NCBI GenBank assembly: GCA_013115145.1
Contig: JAAPAO010000255.1
Location: forward strand, 1-46,348
DNA: 46,348 bases
Direction of reading: 5' to 3'
DNA from: Perkinsus chesapeaki ATCC PRA-425
Lineage: Eukaryota > Protista > Perkinsozoa
The translations under genes and the position numbers were made by a program. Of this stretch, positions 30,973 to 42,468 are shown one piece after another. Position 1 is the stretch's first letter. Every line of letters starts with the position of its first letter. The notes under the pieces were generated by a model that saw only the letters and a program-made list of their open reading frames with translations, did not search any database and had not been told where the DNA came from.

Positions 30973-31879
30973 ATGAATCATCCAGAAATGAAGTCTTGTA
31001 TTTCTTTTCTATTATTTTACACTGAAGCACTCTAAAATTGCGTGCGCTCATCGATGCTTTTTGCGCACGCCTTAGATCCTCCCACGGCGGGATACTAGCA
31101 GTAAGAATTATTAGAAGAAACACTATTGTCAGGATATTCGGATTCGCTCGGTGTGTACACTCCTTATTACGGTGGACCTGATTGCTCGGCAGCCGACCCG
31201 GCGCCACTACTGGATCAGCTCAGAATGGCGTACTTTGGAGTTAGTGATGATACTTATGTGAGAATTCCGAAGGGCGTGGGTTCGAATCCTGGCGAAGGTA
31301 TCTTTTCAGAAATCCTTATAGCGTTGGCGAGAGGCACCACTGAGTGAGATATAGGCATATTACACCGAGGAGTGCTTGGTGTCTCAGATAGATGAAGACC
31401 GCGCGCCGCTTAATTGCGTCTCTCGTTGGAGATTCTTCTGTAAAGTTATCTGATATTTATGTTTCATTCCTGCCCTACTCGGAGGTATTTGGTTGATGAG
31501 TGCTCGGACAGGCACATATTGCCGCTTGGAAACAGCTCAAGGCTACGAAATCTGAAAACTATAGAGTGGAAAAGCGGTTTAGACTGTCCACTCTGTTTAG
31601 TAACCATGGTGTGATTGTCACTGCGTTGTTCACCGAATGAGTAAGTGACCAGTATCGAGTACATCTGTGTGGTTCTGTCGGTTAATCTGTGTGGCGCGCA
31701 GGATTCCGGGAGCATTCTGCGGTGACCGCTCTTTCTTGATGGGACTAGCGGACAGAAATGGACCGGAAATTCGGATGGGAATTCCGAGAGTCGGATGGCG
31801 TCGTTTTCTCTTCGCCACTGTGAATGCTTCGTTAAACCGTGCTGGGACCATAATGATGATGATGCTGATGTTTTCATAG
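30973..31879 (+). CDS. Hypothetical multi-exon protein
   Basis: Exon-like segments GYSDSLGVYTPYYGGPDC..., ILIALARGTTE|ECLVSQIDED..., IPGAFCGDRSF... separated by GT-AG introns. Confidence 0.4.
31268..31306 (+). repeat. Sense tRNA T-arm relic before acceptor 31309
   Basis: GAAGGGCGTGGGTTCGAATCCTGGCGAAGGTATCTTTT. Confidence 0.75.
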
Positions 31880-32399
31880 CTTTTGATACTCTAAACGAGG
31901 ACCACTCAATTCACTTCCCAAAAGAGAATGCGTAATGATATCATCTTACGCATTTCCTTATGTGCTCCAAAGGCAGTAAATTAACGAATTATAAGTTATA
32001 AATTATAACTTAGGTGGTAAATTGACATATTTAATATGAGTTAATTTACTGCCAGTTATTATTCACGTATTCAGTCCGCGAGGATGTACTAAATACTATG
32101 TACCAATTGATCTGAGTCATTTACCCGATCCTTCCGATCCTGGGGTCTATTAGATCCTAAGGCTCGTGCGGATTCGGAATCACCAGGTGGATCTTTAGGT
32201 TCTCTTATATCTTTCTGCGGTGTGTTGACGAGAAGTGAGTTTGATAATTAATAGGGTACATGTTTTAAATGTCTGACCCGTTATATGTGCCAGATGAGGT
32301 ACCGAATGATACCATTACCGTTGTAGTCCCTGCTGAAGATGGCTATGTCAACGAGCAAGGTGAGCAGCATTCAGCCAAGTGTCAATTCAACTAGCATGA

Positions 32400-33000
32400 A
32401 AATAATCGCGGAAGTTCTCGGTATGAGTTTCGAGTCCAGCACTGACTGAATTTAGCTCAGAGTCTGAGCCTCAGACTCACCGGTGTTCTTGATTAACTTC
32501 TGGATGGCTTAGTCCAATATGAAGCTTTCATCTGAAGGCCGCACTATTACTCGGTACTAGCGGCTTTCTTAGATTTCTTCACGCCAACGGCTGGCTTTTA
32601 GGCACACACGCGATAGCGCTGGCCGCACTTGGTGTCCTTTAGAATGTATAATAGTGCATCCAGTCGGGTTCGATCTCAATCCGTTGATATTAATATTTTC
32701 CAATCAGATATCCTAACAACCCTCGATGATCCTGATAACATCATAATTAGCACCGCCCCCGATGCTGCGGAAATGTCGTATCCTTCGCCGATTGCCGAGG
32801 AAGGTGAGCTTATTCGAGCGGGAATGACATCATTTTATACAGCTTCAAACGCTATAGCATCGGCCTGGCAACACCAACGTACGGTGGAATCCCCGTCCGG
32901 TGTCTTCACTGGGGACCTATAACTTCCTTCCCAGGCTGCGTTCAAAGTACACTCTTCGATGCCTGAAGATGTGAATATGAAATGAACTCTACGAGATTTC
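32400..33000 (+). mobile_element. Possible decayed LTR-retrotransposon integrase C-terminal region
   Basis: Stop-riddled frame containing WPHLVSFRMYNSAS and FTGDL*, reminiscent of W...L....AYNS and F..GD.V. A purine-rich GGGAGGGA lies downstream (~33230). Confidence 0.25.
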
Positions 33001-33633
33001 CCGAAATTGCCATCTCTTGTCAACATACTCATCCGCCCACAACTAATTCTTAAGTGTTCGCACACCTTCGATCGGTGAAACTTTCACCGTGAAGGAATTT
33101 AATACCTGTATTTCGAATCTAACCCTGCCACAAGCATCGAATCCAAGAATTGACTCCTCCGACAGTTAGTTCCCAAGATCTGGACATGCCCCATTATGGG
33201 ACAAGGTTACGCCCACATAGATATCAAACGGGAGGGACAGTGCGATTCTCACTTAACGACTCTAATTAACGACTATTGGTGCTCAACAACCGGCTTAGAG
33301 CCGCGCACAAGCACGGCATGAGCGGAAACGGGTGAATACAAATCGCATGGGAGTCGGTGCTGCTAACTGAAGTTTCTGTCCTGTTAATCTCTCAACTTGA
33401 GAGCCTCAAGTTCGTGTTTTGAGTACCTAAGTTCAATTACGGCCTAGAGCGGTAAGACATCGTGGTAACCGTCGCGAAGTGAAAACCGCGTTTGTATTGA
33501 CTACAAAGTTTGCATACATTAATATTTCAACTACGTCATTCTGGGAGTGGTAATAAGTGAAAATCATATTCACTTTCCTCCCGATGGCTTACTAAGTGTT
33601 TCAGGACCCATCGTTCCTGACGTTTTGAGAGAT

Positions 33634-33651
33634 ATCGATCAGCCGATCGAT
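33634..33651. repeat. Palindrome family copy in putative minus-strand 46-bp intron 33617-33662
   Basis: ATCGATCAGCCGATCGAT. The minus strand reads GTCACACCC...AAACGTCAG. Confidence 0.7.
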
Positions 33652-34390
33652 TTGGGTGTGACGAATAAACGGTATCGTGAAGAGGCTGTTGAGGAGGGTA
33701 AGTAGCATTGAAAAAACCTGCCGACTATTATTCTGCGGGAATACTTCTACCAGACTTGCAGAAATATCTAAGAAGGCATTTTTGGGGTACTGTATCTTCT
33801 TGCTTTTTCTTGGTTTGCGCTCTATCAAATTTTCCCGAAGCTCGAGGGTGCGAAAGTGGCGCGAAACTCCGTGAAATGTCTTCGAAGTTAAAAAGTTGAA
33901 ACTACGTATCACATAAAAGATAGAAACTAAAGTCAATGTGAAGCGGCAATTTAGCTTTTTTGCATCTCATTCATTAATTTTCTCGCGGAAAGCGATTTAG
34001 TGAATAATCAATCGCTTTTGCATGATGATGTCATAGAGCGCCACAAAATTTTCCATCCGTCCGAATTTGCCTCATATCTCTGTATAGTGTGAGTTTCTGT
34101 GAAACTAGAGTACTTCCTGGAAGGGAATCTAGTGGTCGATAAGGGGAGCTATAGTATTATCCTGAAAGCCATCCTAACACTGCAGCATGGCGTTTGCTTC
34201 CTAACAGTGCAGAACCAACTTCCAGCGTTGGTAATATATTGATGATAAATCTGCTCAATAGTAGCTATTCTTACCCGTCGGCTAAAGTTAATCCAATTTC
34301 AGTCCAAAATGAAGATAATCTTCAGAAGATTGTATCGCACTCATTAAAGTGATGGGTGCACACATTCCCTACTACTAATAGCGTTTCTTC

Positions 34391-37300
34391 AGAACTGCTG
34401 GGTGTTCCCAAAAGACAACGGGTCGATGTGGGAGGCTTGGATGAACCTAAGATACTCTCTGAGATTCACGAGCCACCACCGGAGACTTTGCCCGCTGAAG
34501 AGTTGCCGATAGTAAGCAAGGCGGAAACTTGTTGATTTATACTAACGAACTGAAACTCATTTGAGCATTCAATTTCGTATCAATCGCAGATCCATGCGAC
34601 GTGCCAGTCGCAGGTTCATATAGTAATCTCGATAATAGTGCATATTAATATATTGCTAAGGAGTTCAGAAGAAATGCGTTGAAGGTTTATACCTTCATTC
34701 GTAACTCTTCAAGTGATGATAGCAACATCATCAACCCGCACTACGGCCACCTGTACATGTTGAGTATTAGTGGCTTGTTTAGGATCAGTCAATGGTGCCG
34801 CTGCCTGTCTATCGTAGCAAACGATCTATTTTCGAGTTTGGTAACTACGATCGATATTATAACTATCGCCATGAGACTCAGGTAAGAAGAGTCTTTGTCG
34901 GAAGGGAAAATCGCACGAGGAGTAAGACTTTTCCAGTGGTGAGAAATGTGCTATTTGGAGAGTAATCAGAGATGGAGGCTGCAACATGTACCTGTCCCGA
35001 GGTGGCGTGGCATAAGTACTCCTAATCTCCGAAGTTTACTTTATCAGAGGTGTAGTCAGTCATAAATTTTTCCCATCACGAGTCAGTCATAAATTTTTCT
35101 CACCCCCGGATGAGATGGGGGGAAAATAAACTCTCAAGAGGACCTGATTCTCAACATCAGCGAATACCCGCGAATGGCGAAATTGCGCTTAGAAGTCCGA
35201 TGATATTATTATCATGACGGACTCCCGTTGACTGTGTCATACTTAGGCGTTCGTGGATTCAAGACTGAGCGCAATAATGCAATATCTTGGCGGAGATAAG
35301 CTCGACTTTTTTCACGACAAGACGGTCCTGGATATCGGGTAGGAAATCTACGTAGATTATTACTATATATTATCATACAATTATAAATTGGAATTGGGAT
35401 TAAGTATTTCATTTGGAGGTTGGAGAATAATACAAATGGCATAGATATGAAACAGTATTTCCTACATTTTGGCAGAACTCTTTTTAAAGATGACAAGTTC
35501 GCTTGTCAATTATAAAGGATAAATTTCAAATTCACTTTGATGTATATTTTTCGGGATGGTCTCAGGGAGTCTTAGTGGAGCACCGAACGTGTTCAGAAGG
35601 GAAGCGATGTTTCTGTTAAACAGAAACTTTGCTCGATTGGGCAACGAAATAATATAGCCTCCATATGTTCGTATTGAGGGAGCATTTTTCGACCTTTGTG
35701 GAGCGCATTCCCGTGACGGTCGATGCCATCGACTAGATGGAAGTGGTGGTCTAGGATTTCTCTGTCACAATAGGTTCGTCATTTTCAGGTGTAATATCGG
35801 TTTTATAACATTCTATGTAGCTTATATTCTTGGTGCCCATAGAGTAGTTGGTATTGATATAGACCACACTCTTATCGACCAGGCGCTTAGGCAGCTTAGG
35901 AAATATAAACATGATGGATTTCCATTAAACGAGGTGAGCCCTTCACCAGTAGGACCGTGACGTGACGTATCTTTGCATTAGGTAGCTTCAAGCTCGCTAG
36001 CTGCACATAAATCACCGTCCCTTGGCCGACGGAAGGCCGCGGCGCTCGAGCCGACTTTCCCAATAGCGTTGACACGGCGGGCCGGAGTGCCGCCGATCAC
36101 TAATAAAGTATTGTGTGTTGCCGAAAAGCACGTGGAGGAATTCGTGAAACCATAGTAAGTCGGTCCATATGTGGGAATAGGCACGTCCCATTCGACTCGG
36201 ATCTATTACTGTGTATTTCTGTTGAATTCTTACGGATGTGGCGCGTGGAATGGGTGGTCTAACTAAACCATACTTTAAACTCGCACACACTGTGGATGAT
36301 TGTGTGTTCTTCGGAAAAGCTGTCAGCAAACACTCTCACTGGGAAGAGAGTTGTCTATCAATCATCGATATGTATTGAATATCATTATTACACCATTACT
36401 TAGAGACATTAGTAATTAGCTCGTATATCTAAATATAACTAAATACAGTATTATATGATAAATACTGTGATACTTGTATTGTAATTAATACAGTCTGGTC
36501 AAAAAAATTGTCCAGCGCCGATCTGAAAGTGATGTAGATCGAGTCTGAGGATGAAAATTGTAGCACTGGATCAGAAATTTGTTGCTCTTTCCATTGGTAT
36601 ACGATTCACCTGCGCACCGGCCCTATCCCCTGAGAGATTAGAATCTTAGAAAATTTCTGGCGGCCCAACGTAAATTATCGAACCTTAATCTCGCATTTCT
36701 CCGCAACCTGATCGAATCTGACATCATCCAAGACACCGTTGTAATCAGGATGGCATGCACTTTCGATTAGTGCTTGAACCTCCCGGAGTTGGTGAAGTTT
36801 CAAAAAATGCTGACCCTTTGGTTTTGTTCTCTCTTGGCGGGCGCCCAGCCAGGCATTTTTACTTGAAACAACTGAGCTGGTTGGTTCCGGACACCGAAGT
36901 CTAATGCGCTGCGCTTCATTTTGATTTTTTTTTATTTTTTTTGACCAGACTGTATATAAACTGTAGTTCATCACATCTGTTCTTAGTGGCAAAGAGAAGG
37001 TGTCCCAGATCAGCGACCGATTTCCATTTAATATCGAGTTTCGAACGGAGGACATCTCGGAAGATACCGTTGACATTGACGTTAATGATGGATCGACTAT
37101 GACGGTGGCAGCACCGTGTAGTTATGAAAAAGAAAAGTAAGAAGCTCTCTGAGTTTCATAAGTCACAATGGTTCTCATTATGAAATATAGATGATACTGT
37201 ATAAGGATAGATTGTCAGGCAAATGAGGTTACTACTTTTTTTCAGGTACGATGTTGTGTTGTTGTTATCCGTTATTAAATGGATTCAATATCACAAGGGG

Positions 37301-38268
37301 GATGACGGAGTAAAACACGTCTTCAAAAAGATCTACGATCTTCTCAAGTAAGATGTTACTCTCAAAGGATTAACCGGATGAATTTCATCCTGTCTCTGAT
37401 TGTATTTTTAAAACCGTAACATTTCCTTTTGTTTCCTTGAGATACAATTTCAAGTTTCATGAGAAATATCTTCGAGCGCGAAATGCAACATTAAATTTGT
37501 TTCTTACGTGCTTTTGTGGGCTCTAGCTGTTACTTCTACACAGTTGTAGTTGGATGAAATTCGGGGAAAAGTAGATGCTTGGTATGGATAATTGCAGATA
37601 GTGTGGATGACAGGGCTTGAATTTATTCACTCAGACCGGGCGGACTCTTTATATTTGAACCACAAGACTGGAAATCATACAGGAAGAAGCGCAACCTAAC
37701 TAGAGAGATACGGTAAGTATAAATGATACCATTTGGAGTACAGAAATTTGGCGAGTCTCGGGGTATTTCTGTCCGTCTGTCTTTACATGGCAAATTATAC
37801 GCAGTATTTTAAACACGTAAATCTGAGTCAAAAGATGGATCTTCATTTAGCTAAGGCGTAGAGGGTAATCCGGGTCTATGGGATTACTCCTTGCATTCCT
37901 TCCCATTTCATTCACTTCATCACCATTGGTGTTTCATCAATTTTATCAGGAACAACTACAACTCTATCAAACTGAGACCGGCGCAGTTCATTGATTACTT
38001 GGAGAAAGAAGTTGGCTTTCGTTTGGAATGTACATTGAAACCAAGTCAGGGTAAGTGGCTTGCAATATAGCTCGCAATTCGTGTATGTGCGGTAGCTACA
38101 CCGGCGTGTGATGTCCGAGGATTCGATCGGCCTTTGCATTTATTAAGGAAGCCGGCAGGCGAATGTGGTGATAAGAAGACCCCACCGACAGCGGAGGTCC
38201 GGAAAGTTGAACCTGATAGGTATCTTCATCCAACACTATTTTCCAATCAATCAGATGGTGGAGGTTGA
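34391..38268 (+). CDS. Bin3/MePCE-family RNA methylphosphate-capping methyltransferase; start approximate
   Basis: Spliced motifs FEFGNYDRYYNYR, DSRL...KTVLDIG|CNIGFIT...VGIDID, FPFNIEFRTED, YDVVLLLSVIKWIQYHKGDDGVKHVF, PGGLFIFEPQDWKSY, LRPAQFIDYLEKEVGF, GFDRPLHLLRK. Confidence 0.9.
36491..36952. mobile_element. Non-autonomous Tc1/mariner-type DNA transposon (MITE) in a Bin3 intron
   Basis: Perfect 17-bp TIRs CAGTCTGGTCAAAAAAA / TTTTTTTGACCAGACTG, flanked by TA on both sides; 462 bp; no transposase. Confidence 0.85.
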
Positions 38269-39474
38269 ATCTATGGCTGTTGCGTTTGTGTTAAAACTAT
38301 TAACTTGACTAGAGAACGTCTTGTCCGCTTCTGTCCTGGACACTGCAGGATATATAGTCGTCATTCGGATATACTTGGAAGCTCTCAACCTGAATGCGAG
38401 AAATGTTCTTGACTGCTGATCTCATCGGTGCATCGCTGCTGTTCGTGTGTTCCAATGAAGTATTAATATGGACTGAATATATCTCAACTCCGTGTGTGAA
38501 CCACACAATGTGATATATATTCTGAATGCCAAAGAATGTCTATTCTGTCATTACCGCAGAGGAAGGACGCGATCTGTGATAGCTCGTAGGGAGAAAATCT
38601 TATAGTGCATTGTTGCCAGTTGAAACTTCTAACAATATGTTTCTCGTTATCTCGGTACAGCAAACTCGAAAATTTTAGGGACAATGTTTGAATCATCTTA
38701 TTATGTGTTCTTCGCCAAGAGGGTGATGAGGTCTAGCAAAGCTATAAGGATCCAGTCACTGCTAGAGACCAAGAAAGGCGCTAACGTTAATAATGTGAGT
38801 CGCTCGTAATGGACGACACTCGTGCTCCGGTACTGGGTTCACTTTCGGCATGCTCGGGACTCAAGCCTTAAGCTTTCGTAGGGCACGGCTATTCTCAGGT
38901 TACCACTGTCGGAATTTATCTGCATGGATTTCCTGATAGTGGGGTCCGACCAATCAAAAGCCGAGGGGAATTGCGGTTAACGGATGGCCTATTGCCGTAA
39001 GCCTGACTACGCGGCGTAGTCTACGCCATTCTTTCTCGGAGGAACTTTATTTTTTCTCTTGCCGTATAGGATAAAGAATTTGGTCAAATTCTTCAAGTAC
39101 GTGTATGTCGTTTCATATTCAAGGATTCTACTAACGGTCTTCTCAATGACCATGGCAGCAAGTTGCTGCCAGCAACAGTTGCTGAGCGACATCTATGTAT
39201 ATCGTTGGTTCTTGGTATTAACAGTAAACCTGGTCGCGGGTGGTACCGGCACCTGTGATGCCCATGTAGTGCAGCACTACGTAACCATCAACTTGTCCGG
39301 AGCCTTATGTTCTAATCGTGGATCTACTCGCTATGGTCAACACGTTCATGTTCGTATCGGATCCTGTTTTGACGAACCGCCAGGTCGGAACCGGCCTTGA
39401 CGATAAGTAGTAATCCTGCTTGGATCCCAAGTCTTTGGGTGGATTGTAACAACCCCGCTGCTCATGCATGCCCT

Positions 39475-39681
39475 CACACTCGATCACGTATTCCCTCACG
39501 CTCGATCGGGCATGCCTTCACGCTCGATCGGGCATGTCTTCACGCTCGATCGGACATGCCTTCACGCTCGATCGGGCATGCCTCCACGCTCGATCGGGCA
39601 TGCCTTCACGCTCGATCGGGCATGTCTTCACGCTCGATCGGGCATGTCTTCACGCTCGATCGGGCATGTCTTCACGCTCGA
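39475..39681. repeat. 22-bp minisatellite (CACGCTCGATCGGGCATG[C/T]CTT), 8 full units plus degenerate and partial units
   Basis: Units start at 39497, 39519, ... 39651; partial unit at 39673; degenerate unit at 39475. Confidence 0.95.
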
Positions 39682-40506
39682 ACATTCCATGGACGGTTCC
39701 TGATAAATTAAGAGACCGCTGGAAGCAGTGATGATAGTTCGAGTACCATTTCGGCTTTCTGACAGCCGCGCGGGCCACAGCGCAAGACACCGAAACCATT
39801 AGATACAGGTGAGGAAGCCATCGAAGTTGACGATAACTAATGATGTTGGCGAATTTTCTTGCCCTAAGGAAAATAACACTTTCAGACTGAAAGTTTCAGT
39901 GGATCTGTTAGTTCAAGCTAACGTCTTTAACCCCCAATGGTTATACTAAATCGGATGATATCTATCTGTGCGTGTACGTATAACATTCAATATCAGACTG
40001 ACGAGATCAACGAGGACATTGACAAGCCAACAGAATTGGTCCAACCAATGTGTGACAATTTGTCGAGGCTCGACCAATTTGATCGAGACCGCTATAATGA
40101 AAGAATCTCCCCAAACCTGGAAACATGATAGATATGATGGAGGTTGTCGTGAAAGTCCTTATTGTTGATGTTAGCATAATAAAGGTTGGAAGAGTTATGG
40201 CTCTCCACCTAATAAGATTCCCGGTATAATCATTTCTAGACTAGAAATTCTAGTATTCGGGTTGGTTGTTCAAAGTTGGCATGGGCCATTGCATTAAGTG
40301 AGACTCTCACCGTGAGAGGAAACCGACTTCCAAAAGAATCATCGGGGAAAAGCTGACTTCCAGTAATTCACTGGGAATTGAATCTTAATGGGTAAGAGTA
40401 TTTCCTTGCTGAGCAAGAAGAGTCTCTCCTCACTCGGCCTCCGTGAAGGCAGCATATGCCGCCTAGTTCCAAATTATATACAGTAGTCGCAAGTTAGTTC
40501 TCCCAG

Positions 40507-42371
40507 GTTGGTGGATGTGGAGTCGGCTAAGGTCGTCCATGGCAGTCGTATGAGCTCCAAGATGTCGGAAGCATTCCTTTCTAGCTCTGATGGAGATAAC
40601 CTCGCCTACTGTTCTTTCAACACGAATGGAGTTCCGAACTCTGAGTGAGACGAAACTTCTATTTCCCCCGTACTGGTTTGCTTAGTGGTGATTTCTATGA
40701 CAAAACTCTCATTAAAGACGTCGCTGATTTAGAGGCTGTTACCTCGTGGTTAAGGGAACACCTTCGGAGTCTCGAGCGGATATTCCTCATTGGCTTCAGC
40801 ACCGGTGAGTATTCATGTACGACTGGTTCCAGCTCCTCACTTGCTTGCTGAGACCACCCGACTCATCAGTGGACGATTTGGGTTCAATAACCAAATTTCG
40901 CTCGACTTAATTCGCGTTCGCTCCGGTACCTATTACAGTGGACACAGCGCTTTCACGCTACACGCGACACGCGCTCAGGTATTCAAGCCCAACTCAAACG
41001 CTTTCACGCGGCCCCTGAGACTGTGCAAAAACTGCATCTAGCAGATCTTGTTTCCACGCTAGCCTATTCATGGGCTGGGGAAAACCAATTCACTAATTCG
41101 TAGACTCCGAATGCAATTCACCGCCCATACAAATTTAGCCGGTAGCTTGTTCCAACCTGCCCTTTCAAGGTGCATTTCTGTCGGTTTGCGCTCCAGTGAT
41201 GACCAATGTCGTCTCCGAGAAGAGTCGTGCCTTGTTAAAAGGTGTCATTTCCATTGCGTGTCTGAGCGATCCCCATATTGGGGCCAAATTGGATTTCAAC
41301 CAGGAGCAGGTGAACTACTACTAGTACTCTACGAGAGCCTGATTTCCCGAAATATATACGCGGTTTATTATTGTAGCATTCCCAGCCACTCTCCGTCATC
41401 CGTAGCTCGCTCTACGGGCCTATGTGTGCGCCGTAGATAGTTTATTCGATTTGGTTATCTACATCATAACCCCACAACTCATAGCTCCAAGGCCAGAACG
41501 TTTCCTGCACATGGCAGAAGACTTTTGGAAGTTGTTCGCCGAACACTAATTTCGAGATGTTAATTTAATATTGTTGAACTCGGAGATGGGAAAATCTACT
41601 TCTACAGTGAGGGAAATTAGTTTCGAAAAATGACAGAGTACTTCGGCTGATGTCGACTATCAACCGAGACATTTTATGCCAGATAACTGCATGCCAAGAA
41701 ACAGGCGAGTGTCTGGTTAAATTCTGGCCTCTACTTGAAGTTGAGGTCAATGTGGGAACTGGTGAAGTTATGAACAACAAAGGAATCGAAGAGGCTTCTA
41801 AAGTAAATCGCAGCTAGAAGGATAAATCAGATATTCGGCTGCCTCAGCCTGAACCTGTTGAGTGGCGGTTGAGTCGAGCGTATTATGATAGCTATCTGGA
41901 CCTCCCAGCGAGAACCGAAATCACCAAACATTGGCCGGAAAAGCTGCCATTACTTTTGGTAAGGTTTATGCTCGAAGTGTCTCATTAGTTGGTAAATGAC
42001 AGGTCGTCCTTAGGTTCATGGTACAGGGGACGTGCTAGTTCCAAACGAGATGTCCGCTGAACTCCAGAAAGCCTTCCCAGTGGACACGACAGTCACCCGC
42101 ATTACGGTGGGACAGTTTCCCCTTAGCCTCTCCTAAAAAGCATTTGTTCTTTAATATTCGCTGGATGTCAACCAATATTTAAAAATGCACAGCTACGCGA
42201 ACATGCTGTATGATTAACCATAATCAGCGGAGCGAAGCGTTTCATGATTCATATTTGTAGGTGGCCGGCGCCAATCATTTCTTCTCGAGTCAGAAAGATA
42301 TGAAGAAGCTCCAGCTAGCAGTTAAAAACTTCTGCCACGATTTGAATGCTCAAACAACCAGCTCTTTGTGA
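40507..42371 (+). CDS. Alpha/beta hydrolase; 5' exons unresolved
   Basis: VVHG, GDFYDKTLIKDVADL, nucleophile elbow IFLIGFSTG, LLL|VHGTGDVLVP (Asp), VAGANHFF (His), stop at 42369-42371. Confidence 0.85.
42225..42241 (-). repeat. AACGCTTCGCTCCGCTG family copy 3, antisense, in intron 42107-42260
   Basis: CAGCGGAGCGAAGCGTT is the exact reverse complement of the 17-mer. Confidence 0.85.
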
Positions 42372-42468
42372 GCGGAGCGACGCAATATTCATTTACTTCC
42401 TTAACACCCCAGCGGCTAGTGTCACATTGAAAGAGCCATTCTGCGCAGTTTGATAGAGTTTTTGTCAT

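Noticed and set aside
34150-35050. Initially read as an integrase relic (LSIVANDLFS, IRDGG)
   Set aside because: Another frame gives FEFGNYDRYYNYR, the Bin3 N-terminal motif, which splices into the methyltransferase gene.
39475-39711. ORFs 39397-39711, 39464-39703 and 39468-39731, and a CRISPR-like appearance
   Set aside because: Artefacts of a stop-free 22-bp tandem repeat; there are no unique spacers.
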